Source: an uncultured Actinomycetes bacterium (GTDB taxonomy: Bacteria > Actinomycetota > UBA4738 > JBBDTT01). From it: a DNA stretch of 64,000 nucleotides. Location: contig CAVUMN010000004.1 in assembly GCA_963742735.1 (NCBI GenBank), positions 640,001 through 704,000 of the forward strand, written 5' to 3'. The translations under genes and the position numbers were made by a program. A model generated the notes under the pieces. The model made no database searches. It had not been told where the DNA came from and saw only the letters and a list, made by a program, of their open reading frames with translations. Shown here piece by piece: positions 9,509 to 17,234 of this stretch. Each line of letters starts with the position of its first letter. Within the stretch, counting starts at the first letter, position 1.

Positions 9509-9543
9509 CGAACGCCGGGGGCCGTTCGGGGGTTCATGGCGGT

Positions 9544-10060
9544 GTGGAGGTTCGACCTGCCACGCTTGCGATCGTGAGCGAGCCCGCCCCGGTCGGCTTC
9601 GAGGACTTCTTCCGGGCGCACTTCGTCACGCTCGGGCGGGCGCTGTACCTCCTGACGTCGAACGCGGGCGAGGCGGAAGACCTCGCGCAGGAGGCGATGG
9701 CCAGGGTGTTCGAGCGATGGGACCGGGTGGCCGCGATGGACTCACCCGAGGGCTACCTCTACAGGACGGCGAATGAACCTCCATCGAAAGGGACTGCGCC
9801 GGCTGGCGGTGCGCGCCCGTCGAACGCCCGGCGCGACGCGACCGGACCCGATCGCAGGCGCCGAGGCGCGCGCCGAGGTGCACCGGGCCCTGCAGTCGCT
9901 GACCCGGGAGCAGCGCGAGGCCGTGGTGCTCGTCGATTGGGTGGGCCTGACCGGGGACGAGGCCGGCGCGATCCTCGGCATCGACGCCGCCAGCGTCCGA
10001 GGCCGCCTCCACCGGGCCCGCGCGACCCTGAGAGAACGCTTCGGGGACGGCGATGAGTGA
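9544..10060 (+). pseudogene. ECF sigma-70 factor interrupted by a +1 frameshift at about 9772 (true lesion or sequencing error)
   Basis: Region 2 (FEDFFRAH..AEDLAQEA..GYLYRTA) is in one frame and region 4 (LTREQREAVVLVDWVGL..EAGAILGI..SVRGRLHRAR) in another. Removing one A from GCG-A-ATG restores YRTAMNL. GTG 9574 is an alternative start. Confidence 0.85.
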
Positions 10061-12116
10061 CGTCCGGACGATCCTCGAGCGCGGCGTCCAGGGCTTCGAC
10101 CCGGGCGACGGGCTCGACCGCACCCGGAGACGGGCGCAGCGCCGCCAGCGCAACCGTCGACTGTCGGCGGGAGCCCTCGCCATGGCGATCACCGTCGCCG
10201 GCGTCGCCGTCGCGGCCAGGCAGTTCTCGCGAACCGAGCTTCCTCCGCCCGCGGAGAGCCCTCGCGTGCTGCCCGACCTCGAGCTCGAGGCCGACGTGAC
10301 CAGCCCGACCGTTCGGTGGCCGGAGGTGCTCTCGCTCCCGTTCGGGCCAGGTGAGAACGAGCTCGGCTTCGAGAGCTTCGCCGGCGAGGATGCGAATCCC
10401 ATCGGACCGTCAGCCTTTGCGGTGGCGGCCGACGGCTCCTTCTGGATCGTCGACGAAGAGAAGAACCGGCTCGTGCACGTGGATCGCGCGGGGGGATTCC
10501 TCGGATCAGTCTCCGGGGTCCTGGACGGATCGCGCGTGGCGCAGGCTCCGGACCTCGTCCTCGCGGAGGGCGACCTCTTCGTTCTCGGGCGATTCGGGGA
10601 CACCTTCGTCCGCGTCGAGGAGGGCGGTGCGATCGTTCCGATCCGCGTCACGTTGGACAGGCAGACGGTCTTCCCGACGTCGCTCATCGGGACGCCGGAG
10701 GGCCTGTATGCCCTCCTCGAGGGCTTCTCGGGTGACCCTCCGATCCCGGGCGTGCATCGGATCGACGTCCGGCCGGCGGGTGAGGATCGGGCAATCGACG
10801 CCATCGCGACAGCTGTCGACGGTATCGCGACGATCCACGGCGTCAGGCTCTCTCTCGAGACGGGGCATCGCCTCCGCGCCGAGGCGACGTCGCGACGCGG
10901 CGCCGAGGAGCGCCGACGGGTCATCGACATCCGGTCCGCGTCGGGAGGAGAGCGCTTCGAGGGCAGGGGCCGGATCGTGGAGCTCGCCATCGGGCCGTCG
11001 TCGCTGGCCGCGTACGTCGAGGTCGGCCCCGACGAGGATCATGAGGGCGGCGCCTGGGTGCTCCAGCTCGACGACAACCTCGAGCCGGTTGGCTGGGATC
11101 ACGTCCCGGCCAACAACATCGAGGAGTACTTCGACGTCTCGCAGGTCGGTCGCCATCTGGCCTTCGGCCCCGACGGCAGCCTGTACCTGATGCTCGTCGA
11201 CCTGGAAGGCCTGCACATCCTTCGCATGACGGAGGAATCCCGAGAGGACGCTTCCTTCGCGCCGTCCGAGGTCCAGTTCTTCGACGAGCAGCATGGCATC
11301 GCAACGGTCGTGGTCGACGATCCAAGCCTCTGCATGGACGGTCGCTGCGGAGGGCAGATCCGCGTGACAGACGACGGCGGTCGGACCTGGTCTACGACAC
11401 GCGAGTTCATGGGGCCGGCTGGTTCCTTGACCCTCGTTGGAGCTTGGGGAGAGGCCTGGGCGAAGACCAGCAAGTGCGGTACCGAGGCCTGTCGCCCGAT
11501 CCTTCTGCACTCGGGTGATCGCGGGCTGACCTGGGAGGTCCGCAGCGAAACCCGTGGCCTGATAGACGTTGTCTTCACGGATCCGCAGCACGGCTGGGGG
11601 ACACTCAGTCCGCTCGGCGATCAGGAAGAGCTACTCGCCACCAGTACGGATGCGGGCCGCACCTGGAGCCCGATCGAAACTCCGTGCGATGGGGAGGATG
11701 CCCGTATCGACGGGTTCGCGCTCATGCACGCCACCACCGGGTGGATCGCTTGTTCGGGCGGTGGCCTGCGAAGCCGAACGGACCGGCTGTACCAGACGAT
11801 CGATGGCGGACTGAGCTGGAAGCTCCTTAACTCCGGCACGACGCTCGGCGGTTCGCTCCCGGAGGGTTTCTTCGGGGGGCTATGGCTCCGCTACGACGGC
11901 GTCGGATTCCTCTCGCTCCTCGGCGGCGGATCGTACGTGACCACGGATGTGGGTCGCTCGTGGGCGGCTCTTCCGAGGGAAATCCTTGATCTGTCGTTCG
12001 TCAATGAGACCTTGTTCGCTCGGATCGTGAACGATGATGGCGGATCGACCCTGGCCGAATCTCAAGACGATGGCGTTACGTGGCGTGAGATTCGATCGTT
12101 CAGAGGGCTGCGTTAG
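10053..12116 (+). CDS. Putative anti-sigma/sensor membrane protein with extracytoplasmic beta-propeller and BNR/Asp-box repeats
   Basis: Overlaps the ECF stop codon. Short cytoplasmic N-terminus, Arg-rich patch, one TM helix, GPSAFAVAADGSFWIVD blade, then six (S/T)xDxGxTW-like repeats. Confidence 0.75.
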   Translation: MSDVRTILERGVQGFDPGDGLDRTRRRAQRRQRNRRLSAGALAMAITVAGVAVAARQFSRTELPPPAESPRVLPDLELEADVTSPTVRWPEVLSLPFGPGENELGFESFAGEDANPIGPSAFAVAADGSFWIVDEEKNRLVHVDRAGGFLGSVSGVLDGSRVAQAPDLVLAEGDLFVLGRFGDTFVRVEEGGAIVPIRVTLDRQTVFPTSLIGTPEGLYALLEGFSGDPPIPGVHRIDVRPAGEDRAIDAIATAVDGIATIHGVRLSLETGHRLRAEATSRRGAEERRRVIDIRSASGGERFEGRGRIVELAIGPSSLAAYVEVGPDEDHEGGAWVLQLDDNLEPVGWDHVPANNIEEYFDVSQVGRHLAFGPDGSLYLMLVDLEGLHILRMTEESREDASFAPSEVQFFDEQHGIATVVVDDPSLCMDGRCGGQIRVTDDGGRTWSTTREFMGPAGSLTLVGAWGEAWAKTSKCGTEACRPILLHSGDRGLTWEVRSETRGLIDVVFTDPQHGWGTLSPLGDQEELLATSTDAGRTWSPIETPCDGEDARIDGFALMHATTGWIACSGGGLRSRTDRLYQTIDGGLSWKLLNSGTTLGGSLPEGFFGGLWLRYDGVGFLSLLGGGSYVTTDVGRSWAALPREILDLSFVNETLFARIVNDDGGSTLAESQDDGVTWREIRSFRGLR

Positions 12117-13507
12117 ATGGGGGCGAAGGTCGCGGTGAAGTGGGGGAGGTCCAGGGGGGCCTCCAGGAGCTTCAGGCCGTTGATCTCCTCGCGCTTCGCG
12201 TAGAGCCGCACTAGGGCGTCGGCCACGTACTCGAGGTGGTTGTCGGTGTAGACGCGGCGGGGGATGGCTAGGCGGAGGTACTCCCACGGCGGCATGACGA
12301 CGGCCTTGGTCTCGGGGTCGATCTCGGCGAAGGCCAGGCCGCCCAGGCCCACCCCCCGCACGCCGGCCTCCAGGTACAAGGCGGCGGCCAGCGACTCCGC
12401 CGGGAAGTTCGCCTGCGTCAGGTGGTCCAGGAACCGGCCGCAGTCGATCATCACCGAGTGCCCGCCGGGGGGGCGGATCAGCGGCACCCCGGCGTCTAAG
12501 AGCCAGCCGTGCAGCAGCCGGACCTGGCGGATCCGCGCCGCCAGGTACTCCTCGTCCATCCCCTCGATCAGCCCGGTGGCCATCGCCTCCAGGTCGCGAC
12601 CGGCCATCCCTCCGTACGTCAGGTAGCCCTCGTACAGGACCGCCCACTTCCGGGCCTCGAGCCAGTCGGCCTCGTTGCGGAACGCCAGCCAGCCGCCGAT
12701 GTTCACCAGCGCGTCCTTCTTCGCGCTCATCGCGGCCATGTCGGCCAGCGAGAACACCTCCTGTGCGATGTCGCGAACCGACCGCCCGGCCTGGTCGGGG
12801 TCGCGCTCCTTCACCAGGAAGGCGTTCTCGGCGAACCGCGCCGCGTCCAGGAGCAGCTTGATCCCGTGAGCCCGGCAGAACTCGCTGACCGCCCGCGCGT
12901 TCTGCAGCGAGACGGGCTGCCCGCCGTTCGTGTTGCTGGTGACCGTGAGGATGCACAGGGGCACGTTGGCCGCCCCCTTCTCAGCCACGAAGCGCTCCGC
13001 CTTCTCCAGATCCAGGTCGCCCTTGAACGGGGAGGGGTCGTCGGGGTCCAGGCCCGCGTCGACCACGAGGTTCACCGGCCACGCGCCACGGTTGTAGATG
13101 TGGGCCCGCGTCGTGTCGAAGTGCATGTTGCCGATCACGAACTGGCCCTCCTGGACGTACGCTCGCGTGTAGACGGTCTCGGCGCCGCGGCCCTGGTGGA
13201 CCGGCAGGACGTGCTCGCATCCCGTCAGGTCGCGGAGGACCGTCTCGAGCGAGGACCAGTTGCGCGCGCCCGCGTACGCCTCATCGCCGCGCTGGATGGA
13301 GGCCCACTGCTCCGAGCTCATCGCCGAGGTGCCGGAGTCGGTCAGGAGGTCGACGAACACGTCGTCGGATCGCAGTCGAAAGACGTTGAATCCGGCGTCG
13401 GTGAGGGCGCGCCGGCGCTCCTCGTCGGGGATCCTGCGGATCGGCTCGACGGACTTGACGCGCCAGGGCTCGGGCGAGGGCGGGGGTGGGTCGGCCTGAT
13501 CCGCCAA
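12113..13507 (-). CDS. tnaA: Tryptophanase (beta-eliminating lyase family; tyrosine phenol-lyase less likely)
   Basis: EPWRVKSVE, VDLLTDSGT, GDEAYAG, HQGRGAE, HFDTTR, DAARFAEN, MSAKKD (PLP Lys), TYGGMAGRD, RLAIPRRVYT and HFTA. Confidence 0.9.
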   Translation of the reverse strand: MADQADPPPPSPEPWRVKSVEPIRRIPDEERRRALTDAGFNVFRLRSDDVFVDLLTDSGTSAMSSEQWASIQRGDEAYAGARNWSSLETVLRDLTGCEHVLPVHQGRGAETVYTRAYVQEGQFVIGNMHFDTTRAHIYNRGAWPVNLVVDAGLDPDDPSPFKGDLDLEKAERFVAEKGAANVPLCILTVTSNTNGGQPVSLQNARAVSEFCRAHGIKLLLDAARFAENAFLVKERDPDQAGRSVRDIAQEVFSLADMAAMSAKKDALVNIGGWLAFRNEADWLEARKWAVLYEGYLTYGGMAGRDLEAMATGLIEGMDEEYLAARIRQVRLLHGWLLDAGVPLIRPPGGHSVMIDCGRFLDHLTQANFPAESLAAALYLEAGVRGVGLGGLAFAEIDPETKAVVMPPWEYLRLAIPRRVYTDNHLEYVADALVRLYAKREEINGLKLLEAPLDLPHFTATFAPI

Positions 13508-13598
13508 GGCACCTCCTCGTGCGCGCGCTTTCGGGTGGCTCGGCTAGCCTACGCCCCTGATGGCTGAGACCGTGATGATCGACTCGGGGGGAAGCGAT

Positions 13599-13778
13599 AT
13601 GGCCAGGGATCCAGACTGGGTGTTCGAGAAGGCGATCGAGCTCACCGCGGCCACGATGGCCGGCCGGGCTGGGCAGGGACAGCCGGCGGAGTACATCGCC
13701 GACGTGTTCAAGGCCGCGCACGGGGCGCTGAAGGAGGCCGCGGAGGGCCTCAGCGACAAGCGGAAGCCGGGGTTCTGA
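13599..13778 (+). CDS. Small helical hypothetical protein, 59 aa
   Basis: GC3-biased ORF filling the gap, with a G-rich SD-like sequence. ATG 13560 is an alternative start. Confidence 0.65.
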   Translation: MARDPDWVFEKAIELTAATMAGRAGQGQPAEYIADVFKAAHGALKEAAEGLSDKRKPGF

Positions 13779-13784
13779 GGGCCC

Positions 13785-14159
13785 TCAGGCCGAGCCGAGC
13801 CAGCGGGAGATGTCCCGCATCGAGACCACGCCGACGACCTTCTTGCCGTCCATGATCGGGAGATGGCGGTAGCCGCCGTCGAGCATGACCTGGAGGGCCT
13901 CCTGGACCGGCATGTCTGAGGGCACCGAGGTCGGGTTGGCCGTCATCCACTCGGTGACCTGGTGGCCCGACGCGTCGTGGTGCTGCGCGAGGGCGCGGAC
14001 GATGTCGCGCTCGGTGAAGATGCCGGCCATGTCCTCGCCGTCCATCACCAGGATCGAGGACACGCGGCGCTCGCCCATGACCGTCGCCGCCTCCGCCACG
14101 CTGGAGGACGGGGGAACCGTCACCAGGTCCTTGCTCATCAGGTCGCCGATGCTCGCCAT
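13785..14159 (-). CDS. Tandem CBS-domain protein
   Basis: IGDLMS..LVTV, GIFTERDIVR, V.EWMT.NP, YRHLPI and VGVVSMRDI. Confidence 0.93.
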   Translation of the reverse strand: MASIGDLMSKDLVTVPPSSSVAEAATVMGERRVSSILVMDGEDMAGIFTERDIVRALAQHHDASGHQVTEWMTANPTSVPSDMPVQEALQVMLDGGYRHLPIMDGKKVVGVVSMRDISRWLGSA

Positions 14160-14213
14160 GCCGCGAACCTTACCAATGCTGCCCGCGCGGCCGCGAGTCG
14201 GATCGGGGACGGC

Positions 14214-15080
14214 GTGACCGCACGTTCCTTGCTCCGCTGGTTCGAACCCCGGAGGGGTGCCTATCCCTGGCGTGGGGGCTCGCCGTGGGCCGTCCTGGTG
14301 TCCGAGGTCATGCTGCAGCAGACCCAGGCGGAACGGGTTCGCCCGTACTTCGAGCGGTTCGTCGGGCGGTTCCCGACCCCGGCGTCGCTCGCCTCGGCCC
14401 CTCCCGCCGAGGCGATCCGGGAATGGGCCGGCCTCGGCTACAACCGCCGCGCCGTGAACCTGCACCGCGCGGCCACCCAGATCGTGGCCCGCCACGGCGG
14501 CGAGGTCCCCGCCGAGGTGGGCGAGCTGCGCGCGCTGTCGGGCGTCGGGCCGTACACGGCCTCTGCGGTGGCCAGCTTCGCCTTCGGGTCGCCGGTACCG
14601 GTCGTGGACACGAACGTCCGGCGGGTGCTCGCCCGGTACGCGCTCGGCGTCGAGCCCCGCGAGGCCCTGGACGCGGACGTCGCCCGCACGGCGGCGGAGC
14701 TGCTCCCCGTCCGACGATCCGGGGACTGGAGCCAGGCCCTGATGGATCTGGCCCGCGACGTGTGCCGCTCTCGCCCTCGGTGCGAGACGTGTCCGATCGC
14801 CTCCGGATGCGTGTACCTGGCGGCCGGCCGGGTCCCGGGACGTGCCCCGAACGGCCGGAGCCAGCCGGCGTTCGAGGGGTCGGTCCGGCAGGCCCGGGGC
14901 AGAGTGGTCGCCCTGCTCCGGGAGCGGGGGACGGTCACGGTGGCCGCCGCGGCGCGGGCCGGCGGGCTCGCCATGCCGGCCGCGAGCGAGCTCATCGACG
15001 GGCTCGCCCGCGACGGGCTCTGCGTCGCCTCGCCGGCGGCTCGGGCCGGCCGCCCGAGGGGCCGGATCCGACTTCCGTGA
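14214..15080 (+). CDS. mutY: A/G-specific adenine DNA glycosylase
   Basis: PWAVLVSEVMLQQTQ, WAGLGYNRRA, LSGVGPYTA (HhH), VDTNVRR and the 4Fe-4S motif C-x6-C-x2-C-x5-C. Confidence 0.92.
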   Translation: MTARSLLRWFEPRRGAYPWRGGSPWAVLVSEVMLQQTQAERVRPYFERFVGRFPTPASLASAPPAEAIREWAGLGYNRRAVNLHRAATQIVARHGGEVPAEVGELRALSGVGPYTASAVASFAFGSPVPVVDTNVRRVLARYALGVEPREALDADVARTAAELLPVRRSGDWSQALMDLARDVCRSRPRCETCPIASGCVYLAAGRVPGRAPNGRSQPAFEGSVRQARGRVVALLRERGTVTVAAAARAGGLAMPAASELIDGLARDGLCVASPAARAGRPRGRIRLP

Positions 15081-15086
15081 GCCGCG

Positions 15087-15112
15087 GGAACTCCTCCCCG
15101 TCTCGTCCCGTC
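15087..15112 (+). promoter_or_regulatory. Putative ECF-sigma promoter GGAAC-N17-CGTC
   Basis: GGAAC 15087-15091 and CGTC 15109-15112; an identical spacing occurs at 62896-62921. Confidence 0.45.
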
Positions 15113-15141
15113 GTACAACCAGTCAACGGAAGGGGTCCGCG

Positions 15142-16146
15142 ATGAAGCGTTTCCTGGGTTGGAGTGTGGCCGTGCTGGCGCTGGCGGCCGTGGTGGGGCT
15201 GGTCGCCAAGGGCGGAGGCACGACCGACCAGGCCGCGAGCCCTGCGTACGCGCCGATGGAGGCGAGCGGCGGGCCCCAGGCGTCGGACGAGGCCACGGCT
15301 CGGAAGGCGGCCACCTACGGCGTGACGGAGAGCAACCAGCTGGGCGTGTCCGCCGGGGAACCCGCACCCGGGCCGGTCTTCGCGCCGGCCGGCGCCGACG
15401 GGGACAGCGTGGCATTCAGCGAGGAGTCCGGCGGCCTGGCCCTTCCCGAGATCGCCGAGCCCGGCGTCGACCCGAAGGTCATCAAGACGGCCTCGCTCGA
15501 GGTGGAGCTCGCCGACGGGACGTTCGACCGGTCGTTCCGCGACGCGTCGCTCGTGGCCAGCAGCCACGGCGGCTACATCCAGTCCTCCTCCACCAGCCGG
15601 TTCGACGAGGCGCGGAGCGCGTCGCTCGTCGTCCGGGTGCCGGCCTCCCGGTTCGACCAGGCGCTCGCGGCGTTCAGGGAGCTGGGAGACGTCGTCGCCG
15701 AGGACGCCTCGGGCCAGGACGTCAGCGCGCAGTTCGTCGATCTCCAGGCCCGCCTGCGGAACTGGGAGGCTCAGGAGTCGGTGCTGCTCCGGCTGATGTC
15801 CGAGGCCAACACCATCGACGAGAGCATCAAGGTCCAGCGCAACCTCTCGGATGTCCAGCTGAACATCGAGCGGCTCCGCGGGCAGCTGCGCCTGCTCCGC
15901 GACCAGACGGACCTGGGCACGATCGGGCTGACCCTCACCGAGGGCGACCAGTCCGCGCTGTCGGAGAAGCAGGAGGACGACTCGATCCTCGGCAAGGCCT
16001 GGCGGGACGCGGTCGACGGCTTCCAGAACGTGCTGGCCGCGACGGTGGTCGGCCTGGGCTACCTGGTCCCGATCGCCCTGCTGGTCCTGATCGTGGGCTT
16101 CGTGGTCCGGCGCACGCGGCGCGCGCCGGCCGCCGCGGAGTCGTAG
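15142..16146 (+). CDS. DUF4349 domain-containing membrane protein
   Basis: KVIKTASLEVE, GGYIQSS, LVVRVPA..FD, QDVSAQFVDLQARL, IERLRGQLR.L, and a C-terminal TM helix. Confidence 0.88.
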   Translation: MKRFLGWSVAVLALAAVVGLVAKGGGTTDQAASPAYAPMEASGGPQASDEATARKAATYGVTESNQLGVSAGEPAPGPVFAPAGADGDSVAFSEESGGLALPEIAEPGVDPKVIKTASLEVELADGTFDRSFRDASLVASSHGGYIQSSSTSRFDEARSASLVVRVPASRFDQALAAFRELGDVVAEDASGQDVSAQFVDLQARLRNWEAQESVLLRLMSEANTIDESIKVQRNLSDVQLNIERLRGQLRLLRDQTDLGTIGLTLTEGDQSALSEKQEDDSILGKAWRDAVDGFQNVLAATVVGLGYLVPIALLVLIVGFVVRRTRRAPAAAES

Positions 16147-16153
16147 GGGGGCG

Positions 16154-17185
16154 CTACTCGCCCTTCAGGGCGGGGAGGACCTCGGTCCCGAACAGCTGCA
16201 CGGCGTCCCGGGCGGTGTCGTCGTCCATGCCCGGGTAGTACAGCCGGACGATCAGGTGGAACTCGCGCCGGCCGGCGAACGCCTCGGCCACCGGCGCCAG
16301 GCCGGCAACGACGTCCTCCGGCGTGCCGTGGAGCGTGAGCCCTTTCAGCGTGTCCTCCGCGACCTGGGGGACGTCCAGCCCGTGGCCGGGCGTGTCCGAC
16401 CCCGCTCCCCACGCGGCGTACACGCCCAGCTGGTGGTTCGCGCCGTCGCGGACCTTCGCCCAGGCCTGCTCCGGGTCGCGGTCGACGAACGCGTTCTGCA
16501 GGAGCGCGAACCCGAGCGCCTCGGGGTCCTTGCCGGCCTCGCGGGCCCCCTCCTCGGCCCACCGAACCGCTTCCTTCGAGCCCTCGAGCGGGGAACGGCT
16601 GCGGATGTAGCCGTCGGCGACCCGGCCCGCGCGGCGGATCGTCTTCTCGTCGAAGCCCCCGAGGTAGATCGGGGGCCCGCCCTCCCGGGCCGGCGCGGGG
16701 GTGACCTTCACGTCCTCGTACCGGTGGACCTTCCCCTCGAACGAGAACCGCTCGCCGGTCCACGCGCGCCGGAGGATCTCGATCGGCTCCAGCGTCAGCG
16801 CGAGCCGCCGTCCCTCGGGGATGCCGAACATGCGGAACTCCTCCTCGCGCCACCCCCGGGCGAGCCCGAGGATCAGCCGTCCGTCGGAGAGGTTGTCCAC
16901 GACCGCGGCGTCCTCGGCCAGGCGCAGCGGGTCGTGCATCGGGGCCAGGACGACGCCGGTGCCGAGCGTGACGCGCTCGGTCACCGCGGCGATCGCGGCG
17001 AGCATGGGCAGCAGCGAGGGAAGGTAGCCGTCGGACGAGCCGTGGTGCTCGCTGACCCAGATCGAGTCGAACCCCAGGACCTCGGCCTCCCGGGAGAGCT
17101 CCAGGATCGTCCGGTACTCCTCGGCGAACGTCCGGCCGGAGCCAGGTGGAACCTGTCCGGTGAACAGCCCGAGCCCGATCTTCAC
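16154..17185 (-). CDS. LLM-class flavin-dependent oxidoreductase
   Basis: AE.LGFDSIWVSEHH, LGTGVVLAPMHDPLRLAEDAA..D.LS.GRL.LG and PPIYLGG. Confidence 0.92.
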   Translation of the reverse strand: MKIGLGLFTGQVPPGSGRTFAEEYRTILELSREAEVLGFDSIWVSEHHGSSDGYLPSLLPMLAAIAAVTERVTLGTGVVLAPMHDPLRLAEDAAVVDNLSDGRLILGLARGWREEEFRMFGIPEGRRLALTLEPIEILRRAWTGERFSFEGKVHRYEDVKVTPAPAREGGPPIYLGGFDEKTIRRAGRVADGYIRSRSPLEGSKEAVRWAEEGAREAGKDPEALGFALLQNAFVDRDPEQAWAKVRDGANHQLGVYAAWGAGSDTPGHGLDVPQVAEDTLKGLTLHGTPEDVVAGLAPVAEAFAGRREFHLIVRLYYPGMDDDTARDAVQLFGTEVLPALKGE

Positions 17186-17234
17186 GCCCACGACCGGAAA
17201 CGCTATACAAAAGGACAGGAGGAAGATTGCGGAC

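Noticed and set aside
13775-13788. Perfect 14-bp palindrome CTGAGGGCCCTCAG between convergent genes
   Set aside because: Largely formed by two facing stop codons; no loop or U-tract, so not called a terminator.
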